NCBI GenBank assembly: GCA_951406725.2
Contig: OX597829.1
Location: 57,350,001-57,414,000, forward strand
Direction: 5' to 3'
DNA from: Octopus vulgaris
Taxonomy: Eukaryota
DNA length: 64,000 nucleotides
Under the pieces are notes generated by a model. It did not search any database and was not told the DNA's origin. It saw only the letters and a program-made list of their open reading frames with translations. Shown here in pieces: positions 52,518-64,000 of the stretch; within the stretch, counting starts at the first letter, position 1; each line of letters opens with the position of its first letter. The translations under genes were made by a program, and so were the position numbers.

Positions 52518-52797
52518 CGAGGTCGTCGCCAATGCCGCTGGACTGGCTCCTGTGCAGGTGGCACATAAAAAGCACCATTTGGGTGTGGCCGTTGCCAGTA
52601 CCACTAAACTGGCCCTCGTGCCGGTGGCACGTAAGAGCACCCACTACACTCTGAGTGGTTGGCGTTAGGAAGGGCATCCAGCTGTAGAAACTCTGCCTGA
52701 TCAGATTGGAGTCTGGTTCACCAGACCTCAGTCAAATCGTCCAACCCATGCTAGCATGGAAAGCGGACGTTAAATGATGATGATGATGATGATGATA
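52518..52797 (+). mobile_element. RTE-tail SINE or LINE 3' end with (GAT)n tail
   Basis: Same sequence as 63560-63830, 60135-60325 and (minus) 60440-60740. Confidence 0.82.
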
Positions 52798-52799
52798 TG

Positions 52800-53170
52800 T
52801 ATTTGGTCATCCCATAAATCTAAAATATACTCTTCAATGCTCTTCCTTCTATGTGGCAGACTTACAAAATTCACTTGTCTGTAGCAAAAAATATTCCTCA
52901 AGTACTCATCTTACCTCGTCTCCAGAATTCATATCTTTTCCATCCAAATGATTTTGAAGACTGCGGAGTAAATGATAATCAGGTGGGACAATATCTGGCA
53001 AATATGGTGGGTGGGGCATCATTTCCCATTCAAACTGTTCCAGCCTTTGGAATGTCATTCTCGCTGTATGTGGCCAAGGATTATCCTGATGGAAGGAGAC
53101 CTTTTGTCGTGAAATCAAACATGATCGTTTTTCTTCTAGTGCTGGTGTTTATGAATGGTTGAAGGGTCAA
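52800..53170 (-). mobile_element. Mariner transposase fragment
   Basis: FHQDNPWPH...HPPYLPDIVPPDYHLLRSLQNHL. Confidence 0.85.
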
Positions 53171-53354
53171 ATCCAAGCTTCTTTGAAAAAATAAATGTTA
53201 AAATTGAACTGCACTCCTCAAAACTTGCACTAAGAATAAGGGCAAGTTAAAATTACTACCTGCTTTTATAGCAAGTTGATGCAGGTAGTTTATCCTGACC
53301 CATCTGACTTTTATTTCGTACAATTGAAAATAACTGCATTACTTATGGGATTAC

Positions 53355-53389
<35 letters not shown>

Positions 53390-53390
<1 letters not shown>

Positions 53391-54450
53391 ATTTGTTAGG
53401 GAATAAAAATTCCGGCATAACAGGGGTTCAAATTATTCTCAATGAGGAAATATTTATTTTCATTTAGAGATAGTAGGCCCCTTCATCCCACCATATAAAA
53501 GAATTTTAATTTAAATACCTATTATTTTATATCTCAGCCACACATGTTTCTTGAGGTACATTTCCCAGTTCCTTAACCACGGAGTGTTTTGCTGGAACCT
53601 TTCTTAAAATATATATATTCGAATAAAAATGGAAGCAATGATGAATAAATATTTTCAAATAAAAACTATAGTAGGAATGACGAAATGCAAAATTTACAAA
53701 TGATAACAATTAAAAATTTACAAAGTAAAAATAACTTAAGGCTAACATAAAAGAATATATACAAATCACCGTTGACTCCGTTGTTATTTTTACTTTGTAA
53801 ATTTTTAATTGTTATCATTCCTATCTTTTGTAAATTTTGCATTTCATCATTCGTTCATTAGTTTTTATTCGAAAACATTTATTCGTTATTGCTTCCTTTT
53901 TTATTTGAATATATTTTTTTTTGCCATTCCTTTCATTTTATATCATTTTATATCATCACAAGTATATATTTTATTTTATTTTTATTCCTATATATTATTA
54001 ATTTTATATTTATAGACATAAGTTACGTGAGAACATAGTTTTTGTAAATTTTATTTTTATTCGTATTTTTTATTTTTTATTTTCATCTTTATTTTATTTT
54101 TTATTTTTTGTAATTTTTTAATTTTAATTTTCTATTTAATTTTTGTAATTTTTTATTTGAATTAAATTATGGCTTGTACAGTAGGGTCCGGCAAACCTAT
54201 CTTACACATGCTTATTTGTTTAAAAAATTAAAATATAGTTTTTTTGTATCAACCTATGATAAATTGATGTAGAAGCCTGATAATTGGGGTTATATTTTAA
54301 GAATGGTTCCAGCAAAACACTCCGTGGTTAAAGAACCAGGAAATGTACCTCAAGAAACACGTGTGGCCGAGATATATAAGTAGTATTTAAATTTAAATTC
54401 TTTTATATGGTGGGATGAAGGGACCTACTATCTCTAAATGAAAATATATA
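53390..54450. mobile_element. Foldback element family C, copy 2 (rearranged)
   Basis: Same terminus as 18345. Left arm stops before the hammerhead core. Inversion point ~53780. Flanked by (TA)n. Confidence 0.85.
54274..54368 (+). ncRNA. Hammerhead motif family C (G8A variant, G17)
   Basis: agc | CTGATAA | ttggggt...acctcaa (70 nt) | GAAA | cacgtg | TG | gcc. Confidence 0.5.
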
Positions 54451-54476
54451 CATATGTATATTTTTTTCTTTATATA

Positions 54477-55370
54477 CTGTAAATCCTTGAGTATAGTCCG
54501 CCCTTGGGTATAATACGCAGGGGATTTTTAGGGACTGTACCTCTGTAAAAACCTAAACCTTGTGTATAATACGCACCCCTTCTCTAACTTGAATCAAAGA
54601 GGTCTATATAACGTCCTTGGTTTGTAAAAATGTATACGGTAACGTCCTTTATTATTGCCTTATTTATCTTTGGTATCTGTTTAATTTCATCTCTATTTCT
54701 TCTCCATAACCTGACATTGCTTTCCTCAACATCAAATTTTCTTCCGGCAGCCCTATTACCCTGCTCTTCAACATGTGATATAACTTCAAGTTTAAACATA
54801 GCTGAATAAGATCTATGAGGCATTTTATGGGCATGTAATGTATAAATTGTTTTATTGGAGTTTAATGTACAGGTTTAAGTCCTGCTTATAAAAAACCCTA
54901 GTAAAGACCCACAGTAGCTCAAACATTTAATACTGGTATTTAATTAAGTATCGTTTGCCACGGTAATGATGCAACCTGCCAATACAAACAGCAGGAGGAA
55001 CTATTTAGCGCTAAACTATTAAGCACAATAATGGTGTTGTTTTTAACTGTTATATGGGAATGTAAATATGTTTGCAAATTGTTTTTGTTACATATTATTC
55101 TGTTTTCTGAATACTTTTATTGTAATAAATGTTGCTTATTGCAAGTTATGGACGATTCTTTTATGACTTCATTGCTTTCAGGCTTAGCTTAAGGTATTTT
55201 CACGCCCGACACCACAAAATGCATCTGAATAAACATTGCCGGACAGCAAACAAAGACTCGGACATTGCTTAGAAAATATTTTTCATTTTTAACCTCATAT
55301 ATAATACACACTAGGGATTTTGACCTTTAAATCTTGGGAGAAAATGTGGATTATACTTGAGGATTTATGG
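54477..55370 (-). mobile_element. pogo/Tigger-type internally deleted transposon retaining a Brinker-type DNA-binding ORF
   Basis: TA|ctgtaaatccttgagtatagtcc ... ggattatacttgaggatttatgg|TA. ORF 54584-54823 reads RSYSAMFKLEVI...GNRAAGRKFDVEESNVRLWR. Confidence 0.85.
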
Positions 55371-55767
55371 TATATATATATTTCAAATTTGGGTATCCAG
55401 TTTGCAGTATGCTGTTTAAAGTATGTTCACTGCATTCATCAACCTGAAGTTATCAACAGTATGGATATAAATGGTACTGGATTTACTTCAGAAATCCTTT
55501 CATGTCCATTGAGTATATAACGAATGAGAGAAATGATTGTAGTCAATAATATAGAATCTCATGATTTCCATTTTCTTTATCTCATGGAATGCAGCTCGGA
55601 TAACACACAGAATCATCAACTATTGAAAAGGTTGCAAGATGCAATGAAAATTTTAGGAAAAATAAATAAGTAAATGAGTGGAAACTTTACCGGTGTGTGT
55701 GTTAAATTATGATGCACTAAAAAAGAATGACTCTCTCTCCTCACACAACAAAATTTATCTCATATGT

Positions 55768-55828
<61 letters not shown>

Positions 55829-55954
55829 TCGACTAAAGGTGATGCTCCAGCATGGCCATAGTCAAATGACTGAAACAAGTAAGAGAATAAAAGAATATAT
55901 ACATCTATATATCCCACCCATGCTAGCATAGAAGGTGAATGTTTAACAATAATG

Positions 55955-55993
<39 letters not shown>

Positions 55994-56123
55994 ATGGAAA
56001 TAATATACTACGTAGCAAACTTTATATCTTACTCAAAGTGGACATATAGTTAGAATGGTAAATACTGCGGTATTCACCTGAGAAAAAAGCATAATACATA
56101 CAGAGAAGGAAAGTGAAGGAGAT

Positions 56124-56170
<47 letters not shown>

Positions 56171-56256
56171 GGAGAGAGAGAGTGGGAGAGACAATATATT
56201 GGTGCATGTATTCACAAAGTAAGTTAGACATAAATAACGCAAGTAAAAAGGAGAGA

Positions 56257-56297
<41 letters not shown>

Positions 56298-56559
56298 TAA
56301 GAGTTGAACTATTGATGTAACCGTGATGCTTTGGTGAGCTGATGAGCTACCTTTCTTTATTTCCATTGATTTGTGAATCAACAAATTTATTGTATAATGC
56401 TGGGCAAACATTGATGCAAATATGTACGCATAGTATCTTCCGTACTGAAATTAATACGACATGAAGAAGGTTGCAGAAACAGCCATAGAAGACATATGAT
56501 TAAACAAATCTCTATTCACCTCTAAACCTGCTGTCTTTATGTTTAATGTATTTTATTGC

Positions 56560-56815
56560 TTGGATTGTCTGAACTCTCAGTTACACGGACACTTTCCATA
56601 ACACTCCTTTGTGATGGATTTCTGCTTAAACTGATAGCTGGGCCCTGTATCTGTCCCTTTATTCTGAAACCAAGTGGAGTATGTTTGGCACTAAGTAATG
56701 ATTCCCACTTCTGGTGTTACTATAACTCTCGGTGCCAAAGTCAGTAACAAGTTCTTCCAGGATCTTCCAGATGCATATCACAGTATATCTTTCCTGCCTT
56801 TCTTCCTGGGAATTA
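56560..56815 (-). mobile_element. Old CR1/L2-type LINE 3' fragment
   Basis: RQERYTVICIWKILEELV.DFG.ESY.NTR.G matches 17270-17370. Confidence 0.7.
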
Positions 56816-56832
56816 AGTCTTAACTACCTAAT

Positions 56833-57008
56833 ACAGTTTTATATTTAAGAGACGAGGAATTATTTACATTCTTTACGTTGTTTACATTTGACATATATTT
56901 GTCTTCATCTTGTTTGTTGTTAACACGTTTCGACTGATATACCCACCAGCCTTCTTCGGGTGTTTTGGGGAAATTTCGAACCTGGGTTCTCGTTCCTAAG
57001 GTATTTTT
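56833..57008 (-). mobile_element. Hammerhead element family H, copy 2
   Basis: Minus: acac | CCGAAGA | aggctg..cagtc | GAAAcgt.. (56922-56966). Shares its body with 43112-43262. Confidence 0.7.
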
Positions 57009-57009
57009 C

Positions 57010-57560
57010 TAGGAAGTTCAAAAGCTTAATCTTCCTCAAAGTAGGATCTTCTGACATCAATGCACTTGTAGTGCTCCAGTCACTTCTTGGAGCTCTATTG
57101 AGATCCTTCAAACAGAAGGTATCCAAGACCCTTGCCACAATCTTCTTCATCTCCTCCTTCAGCTTGGGAAACAACCAAAAGTCACTGGGAACATGGTCCT
57201 GAGGGTAGGGGGTGGGGTGAAGGACAGTTTTGATTCCCATTTCAATCAAGTAGTTGGTTACCAGAATGGAACTGTGGTGCTCTGGTGCAGGTGCTCTGGC
57301 CTTTTTGCAATGAAATCTCTTTTTGAACTCCTTAAAAACCACCTCAAAGTACTCTTTGTTGACTACCTGATCAGAAGGAACATAGTAGAAGAGCCCTTGT
57401 TGAAAAGGGTGATCATCATTAGCTTCCCAGTGGACTTACTTTGTCTGGGCCCTTGTGCCAGCAAAAAACAATGTTCAGCTCACATAAGGCAATCCAAAAG
57501 TAGTCTGGAGCATTTCGTAAGTTTTTCCTGGTTTAAAACAAAAATGTTTTGCACAGTGAG
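57010..57560 (-). mobile_element. Mariner transposase remnant
   Basis: APAPEHHS..., KTVLHPTPYPQDHVPSDFWLFPKLKE. Confidence 0.75.
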
Positions 57561-58059
57561 CTTCTGAATTGTGATGACAATATGGAAGCCCACAATGCAA
57601 TAAAGGTTTGTGCTAAACTGGGCAAAAATGCTGCAGAAACTTGTGGAATGCTCCAGCTCCTACCAAACCGTGGGTTTGTATTTCTTTAGTCTCAGGATTA
57701 TCCTTCTGACAGATCTCATTATGGTCTGAATAGAACATCATGTGGGGTGGGGGTGGGGATACACATCTGTGTTCATTAGTGTGTTTTCTTTCTTTTATGT
57801 TTTGGTTAAATTCTTGGGACATCTATTTGTATGCATGCAGTGTGTGTAGGGGTACAATATATGGAGGGGGCATTATACTAGGGATGGTTGCAGAAAATGG
57901 TCTATTAGTTGCATGTTTGCTGTGTTAAGGTATGTGCATTTGTGAGTGTATTTGTGTATGTTCTGGCCAAATTCTTTGCTAGATTCCTAGGTGTTGGTGG
58001 AAGAAGGGCCAAAGCTGGGGGACTGGTAATTATAGTCTTGATGGGCATGCAGGTATGAT

Positions 58060-58400
58060 AGGATGTACTTCCTTTCAAGTGGGCATGGATTAAAAATTTC
58101 ACTTCTGCAGTTCAGGTTGATGCCTGTGTGCTGGGAGCTCTTTAATGTCACTCTTTTCTCAGTCAGGCATCATCTGCGCATCATCTGCGCCGCCATTGAA
58201 GTATGCTTTACATTTCTCTAGAATCATCCACTTTATGCTGTGATCAGTGCTGCTTTCTTTCAAAGACCATACATGCTTGGCCAAGATTGTAATGCTACGT
58301 CCCTCTGGGATATTGAAGGAGGACTTGTGGTTGTTATAGTGAGTTCTGAAGGGACCTTCAGTTGCTCCCACATACTTTTGCCCATTTGGTTGCCCGTTTG
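58060..58400 (-). mobile_element. Penelope-like GIY-YIG endonuclease remnant (third PLE family)
   Basis: KYVGATEGPFRTHYNNHKSSF...LAKHVWSLKE...IKWMILEK.KAY, then CLTEK...LNCRSEIF..C after a frameshift. Confidence 0.8.
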
Positions 58401-58590
58401 GTTCTATTGCTGATATCTCTGCCTCCATAAATCCTCTAAAGCTTTCCAACATAAACTTGTAGTAGACATCCATAGATTTAGATCTTCTGATAGAACCCTT
58501 CTATTCACTGGTAAGACTAAGTCCACCCCTGAGACAGAAGCAGGATGGTCATGTGGGGCTAACACAACATGTCCACTGAATGTATATATA

Positions 58591-58846
58591 TATATATCTG
58601 TAAATGTAATATGTAACAATTATTTGGTAGCCATGTTAAAACTCTGAGTTTCGGATGCCAAGGTGGAAATCCACACTACCATCTCTTCAGTTATCCGGCC
58701 ATCAAAAAAATGCTATGAGGGACATTTTCCATAGCATTTTGCTGATGGCCAGATAACTGAGGAGATGGCATGGATTTCCACCTCAGCATCTGAAACTCAG
58801 AGTTTTAACATGGCTACCGAATAATTGTTACATATTACATTTACAG

Positions 58847-58855
<9 letters not shown>
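58591..58855. mobile_element. ~260-bp foldback element with two outward-facing hammerhead motifs (family I)
   Basis: Arms ~58591-58717 and ~58730-58855 are near reverse complements. HHRs at 58637-58693 (-) and 58754-58807 (+). Flanked by (TA)n. Confidence 0.85.
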
Positions 58856-58921
<66 letters not shown>

Positions 58922-59063
58922 AAATATGGGGGGTTTAGTTCACAGGTGATCAGAACGACTAGGTACGCTGGGTAAGCGCTGTAATGGATTACCAGGGCTC
59001 CAAGCTCATACCTGAGATGGAAGTTAGAGAACCGTTGTAGATTTCTGATATAGTGGATATATA

Positions 59064-59604
59064 ATTGTTAAAGAGCACAATAAACACAAAGGCAAGACAC
59101 ACTTCTCAAGTCATATACGTTATTATAACTGGAGAAATTTTAATGTCTTACAATTGTTTCTGAGTTATCCCAAAATATAGGATATTCTGTCAATGGAGAC
59201 AAATAAGGAAAATGTGAGGGGTATCGATTAAGGAAACAACGACATGGAGGGATGGAGAAAAGGAATAAAGAAAAGAATCCTATAATCATACATGGATTTA
59301 CGTAGGACTACACCTAAGGACTTATGGACTAACATCTACAATATTGGAATATTGAATTGTGAACTTTTATGCCCTTCTTTCTTCTTTTTCCACTTTTACT
59401 TATTTCATTTTCTCCAGTTCCCCTTGTCATCATTTCCTTAATCTGCACCCTTCACAGTTTCCCTATTTCTCTCCAATGATAGAATATCCCATATTTTGCA
59501 ATATCCCAGAAACAGCTGTAAGACTTCAAAATTTTCCAGTAATGATAACATATATGACTTGAGATGTTTGTATTGCCTTCAGGTTTTATTGTTATCTTTA
59601 ACAA
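59064..59604. mobile_element. Older foldback element related to family A, with degenerate hammerheads in both arms
   Basis: Right arm tct | CCAATGA | ...tatccca | GAAA | cagctg | TA | aga (~59470-59523). Left arm mirror at ~59146-59200 with stem III caattg. Confidence 0.75.
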
Positions 59605-59609
59605 TCACA

Positions 59610-59653
<44 letters not shown>

Positions 59654-59729
59654 TATACATATATACATACATACATATATATGTGTGTGTGTGTGTGTGT
59701 ATGTGGTAAGTATATATGTGTGTGTATGT

Positions 59730-60107
59730 GCTTACCAACCACATTGTTCCAGGTTCAGTCCCACTGTGTGGCACCTTGGGCAAGCGTTTTCTACTATAGC
59801 CTTGGGCTGACCAAAGCCTTGTGAGTGGATTTGGTAGACGGAAACTGAAAGAAGCCCGTCATATATATATATATGTGTATATATGTATGTATGTGTATAT
59901 GTTTGTGTGTCTGCGTTTGTACCTCACCCAACATCGCTTGACAACCGATGCTGGTGTGTTTATGTCCACGTAACTTAATGGTTCAGCAAAAAGAGACTGA
60001 TAGAATAAGTACTAGGCTTACAAAGAATAAGTCCTGGGGTTGATTTACTCAGCTAAAGGTGGTGCTCCAGCAAGGCTGCAGTCACATGCCTGAAACAAGT
60101 AAAAGAG
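59730..60107 (+). mobile_element. tRNA-derived SINE
   Basis: 5237 family. Confidence 0.88.
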
Positions 60108-60134
60108 TATATATATATATATGTATATATACGG

Positions 60135-60325
60135 GTGGCACGTAAAAAGCACCCACTACACTCACGGAGTGGTTGGCGTTAGGAAGGGCATCCAGCCGTA
60201 GAAACACTGCCAGATCAGACTGGAGCCTGGTGCAGCCTTCTGGCTTGCCAGACCCCAGTTGAACCATCCAACCCATGCCAGCATGGAAAACAGACGTTAA
60301 ACGATGATGATGATGATGATGATGA
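60135..60325 (+). mobile_element. RTE-tail repeat with (GAT)n
   Basis: gtggcacgtaaaaagcacccactacactc...gacgttaaacgatgatgat. Confidence 0.82.
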
Positions 60326-60437
60326 ATAGTGCCAGTGCAACGAAGAACAATTTGTTGTTAATAATAAACAGTTATTAACTACCTAATCTCTATTTTCTTT
60401 TCTTCTTTTAAATGAATAAAAACTATATGCTATATAT

Positions 60438-60740
60438 CATCATCATCATCATCATTATCGTTTAACGTCTGTTTTCCATGCTGGCATGGGTTGGACGGTT
60501 CGACCGGAGTCTGGGAAGCCAGGAGGCTGCACCAGGCTCCAATCTGATCTGGCAGTGTTTCCACAGCTGGATGCCCTTCCTGACGTCAACCACTCCGTGA
60601 GTGGAGTGGGCGCTTTTTACATGCCAAGCAAGGCTGGCAACAGCGATGATCGGTTGGTGCTTTTTACATGCCACCAGCATGGAGGCCAGCACTGGCAACA
60701 GCCACATTTGGATAGGTGGAACTGGCAACGGCCACATTCT
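60438..60740 (-). mobile_element. RTE-tail repeat with (GAT)n, opposite orientation
   Basis: Reverse complement of the 60135-60325 family. Confidence 0.82.
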
Positions 60741-61654
60741 TGGATGAGTCTAGGTAATCTGAGTAAGTTTGCTCAATTAAAAAAACATATATGTATCACT
60801 GATTGTTAATCATCTGAAAATTTGCAGGTCTGTCTCGATTTTTTACATGTATACATGTATATATAATTTGTACATTAAAACCCAATGCTTTATCTGTTGA
60901 TTAGAATCATTGTCTCTATATCATCATCGGCCTTCAACATCTATTTTCTAGGCTGACATGGGCTGGACAGGTTGACAAGAACTTGGAAAGTTAAGGGCCA
61001 CATTTGGCACCATTGTTTGTTTTGGCATAAGTGGTTTGGACTGGATGGGTGAGCAGGATAGAGCAAAATATAGGAGAGAGATTTGGGAGTAGGGGTCGGT
61101 GGGTAGGTATGTGAGGGCATTGAAGGTGATAAGAGAGGTGTTGACTACCAGGAGAGGAAAAGCACAGGTGACTGGTGAAGGCAGTAGGTGAGGTGGGGAG
61201 GGGGAGATAATGGAAAATGGAAGTGGTTTGGGGTGGAATGGAATTAACTGAGTAAGCATGTACATATAAACATATATGTGTGTGTGTATGAACATATTTA
61301 TATATGTGTGTATTGTATGTATATATATATATATATATGTATATGTATGTATGCATGTTTGTGTATTTATACAGTACATTCAAATGTATATGTATGTGTA
61401 CATGTGTGCTTGTGTATGATAGGCTTCTTTCAGTTTCCGATTACCTAATCCATTCACAAGGCTTTGGTCAATCAGGGGCTATAGTAGAAGACACCTGCCC
61501 AAAGTGCCATGCTGCAGGACTGAATGCGAAGGCCCATGGTGGGCAGTAATGCCTCTAAATATCTAATCATGCTTATTCATTTATTTATTTCAGTTATTGG
61601 ACTGTGGCCAAGCTGGAGCACAACATAGAAATATTTAGTCGAACAAATCAACTA

Positions 61655-62020
61655 AAAGTGTGGCTCTGTGGTAAGATGTTTGCTTCCCGACCACATTTTT
61701 CTGAGTTCAGTCCTATTGCTTGATCTTGGGCAAGTGCCTGGGTTGACCAAAGCCTTGTGAGTGCATTTGGTAGACGGAAACTAAAAGAAGCCCATCCCAT
61801 ATACGTGCATGCATGTGTGTGTGTTTGTGGATGTCTTTGTGTTTGTTTATGCATGATCCACCACCAGACAACTAGTGTTGGTTTGTTTATGTCCCTGTAG
61901 GTCAGTGCTTCTTCATAAGAGATCAATCGAATAAGTACTAGGCTTTGAAGAAATAACTACTACAGATGATTTCTTCAAGATGGAACTGCAGCATGGCCAC
62001 AATCAAATCACTGAAACAGT
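61655..62020 (+). mobile_element. Diverged tRNA-derived SINE (further fragments at 61420-61540, 61590-61640 and 62230-62315 on minus)
   Basis: Similarity to the 5237 family. Confidence 0.75.
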
Positions 62021-62664
62021 TATAAGTCAAAAGATTGAAAAAGTTGTTTATGTTTCACTTTGGCACTTGTATTGAGTTCTTTCTTTACAAAGCTGTTTTG
62101 TTGTGGGTAATAAAATTTGAATACAGGAGATGGACGAAGAAACACACACACACGCACACATGCACGCTCACCCACACACAAAACAGATGCACACACACAC
62201 ACATGTGCGCCTGCACATGCATGACTTGCACAAAGTTTCTGTCAACCAAATATGCAGAAGAAACAATGGTTGGCGCATGGCTATAGCAGAAGACATCTAC
62301 TCAAGGTGCCATGCAGAATATACATGTGCATGTGTCTTTGTCTCCATGTTTGTCTATGAGCTTTTCTATAGATGGAAATGTGTGTAAATATATATATGTA
62401 TCTCTATATTTTTATGTGTGTGTGTTTATGTGTGTGCATATGTGTGAATGCATGTATACAACCATATAATGCATGTGGATATGCCAATGTGTGTAATCTT
62501 TTGTTATATACATATATTTGTACCCAGTGTAAGCTATGGACACATAAGAGGTGCAGCAATGTCAAAGGGAGGCTAACTAGGAAGATAGCTTTTTGTATGT
62601 GGCAGATGCTCAGGAGCAATAAACACTGAAAATGCACAGAGACCAACTTCCACCACATTCCAGG

Positions 62665-63830
62665 GAGAAAAACTAGAAATAGTTGATAGCTTCTGTTACC
62701 TAGGTGACCAAGTCAGTAGCAGGGGAGGGTGCACTCAAAGTGTAGCTGCTGGAATAAGAATAGCCTGGGCTAAGTTCAGAGAGCTCTTACCTCTACTGGT
62801 GACAAAAGGCCTCTTTCTCAGAGTAAAAGACAGATTGTATGACGCATGTGTAAGAACAGCCATGCTACATGGCAGTGAAACATGGGCCGTGACTGCTGAG
62901 GACATGCGTAAGCTCGCAAGGAATGAAGCCAGTATGCTCCGATGGATGTGTAATGTCAGTGTTCATACTCGACAGAGTGTAAGTACCTTGAGAGAAAAGT
63001 TGGACCTAAGAAGCATTAGATGTGGTGTGCAAGAGAGAGACGTCTATGCTGGTATGGACACATGGTGAGAATGGATGAAGATAATTGTGTGAAAAAGTGC
63101 CACACCCTGGCAGTTGAGGGAACCTGTGGAAGAGGTAGACCCAGGAAAACCTGGGACGAGGTGGTGAAGCATGATCTTTGAACATTACGCCTCACCAAGG
63201 CAATGACTAGTGACCAGAACCTTTAAAAATATGCTGTGCTTGAGAAGACTCGGCAAGCACAAGTGAGACCATAACCTTGTGGTCTATGCTAGGGGTGTAA
63301 CCAGTCCACTTATGCGTATCTTTCCATCGTTCAACACTAAACTCTGCTTCCGAAGATCTGTTGAGGCAAGTGAAATTGAAATCGAACTCAAATTCAATGA
63401 CTGGCATCCGTGCTAGAGGAGCGCTAAGAGTACCATACATATGAGATCATTGCCAGAGCAACAAGCTGGCCGATGGCACGTAAAAAACACCATTCGAGTA
63501 TGATTATTACCTCCGTCACCTTACTGCTACTTGTACTAGTGGCATGTGAAAAAACATTCGAGCGAGGTCGTTGTCAGTGCTGCTGGACTGGCTCCTGTGC
63601 AGGTGGCACATAAAAAGCACCATTTGAGTGTGGCCATTGCCAGTACCGCCTGACTGGCTCTCGTGCCAGTGGCACGTAAAAGCACCCACTACACTCTCGG
63701 AGTGGTTGGCATCAGGAAGGGCATCCATCTGTAGAAACTCTGCCAGATAAGATTGGAATCTGGTTCGCCAGATCTCAGTCAAATCGTCCAAACCATGCTA
63801 GCATGGAAAGTGGACGTTAAATGATGATTA
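62665..63830 (+). mobile_element. RTE-clade LINE 3' end (ORF2 C-terminus plus long 3' UTR, (GAT)n tail)
   Basis: F.YLGD, RLYDACVRTAMLHGSETW, W.GH..RM, GRGRPRKTW. The UTR contains tandem 'taaaaagcacc' units. Confidence 0.88.
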
Positions 63831-64000
63831 TTTGCTAACGTATATACACCTATAAGGAGTCAATTATCATTTATAAAAAAATATATAGCACTTTTAAGAT
63901 GTATACATTCATAGATATATACACTCATACAAGTACACACACACACATATATATATATATGTTATTATTATTATTATTGTTTTTTGTATTTATATCCGTG

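Noticed and set aside
56339-56375. ctgatgag as a hammerhead core
   Set aside because: No stem II, GAAA or palindromic stem III follows.
63440-63700. Regularly spaced 'tggcac.taaaaagcacc' repeats resembling a CRISPR array
   Set aside because: Eukaryotic context, the spacers are homologous to each other, the array is part of an RTE 3' UTR, and there are no cas genes.

Overview
Repeat-saturated, AT-rich eukaryotic DNA with no host gene I can support. The SINE families and (TA)n/(TATG)n load suggest an octopus or other cephalopod genome (inference). The window holds decayed LINEs (RTE, CR1/L2-group, Tx1/L1, a possible HERO-type fragment), Tc1, mariner and pogo DNA transposons, Helitron-like elements, many tRNA-derived SINEs and at least three Penelope-like element (PLE) pieces. 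One PLE is a near-perfect 3.7-kb tail-out palindrome. The most striking unannotated signal is about 9 sequence-unrelated families (about 15-20 copies) of type-I hammerhead ribozyme (HHR) motifs, read by eye. Each has stem I, CUGANGA, stem II, GAAA, a palindromic stem III, UH and stem I'. Many carry a long (56-86 nt) hairpin in stem II, and many sit as outward-facing pairs in the arms of non-coding foldback elements embedded in (TA)n. These look like a radiation of non-autonomous, ribozyme-bearing PLE derivatives. Cleavage activity is predicted, not shown, and all coordinates were counted manually.
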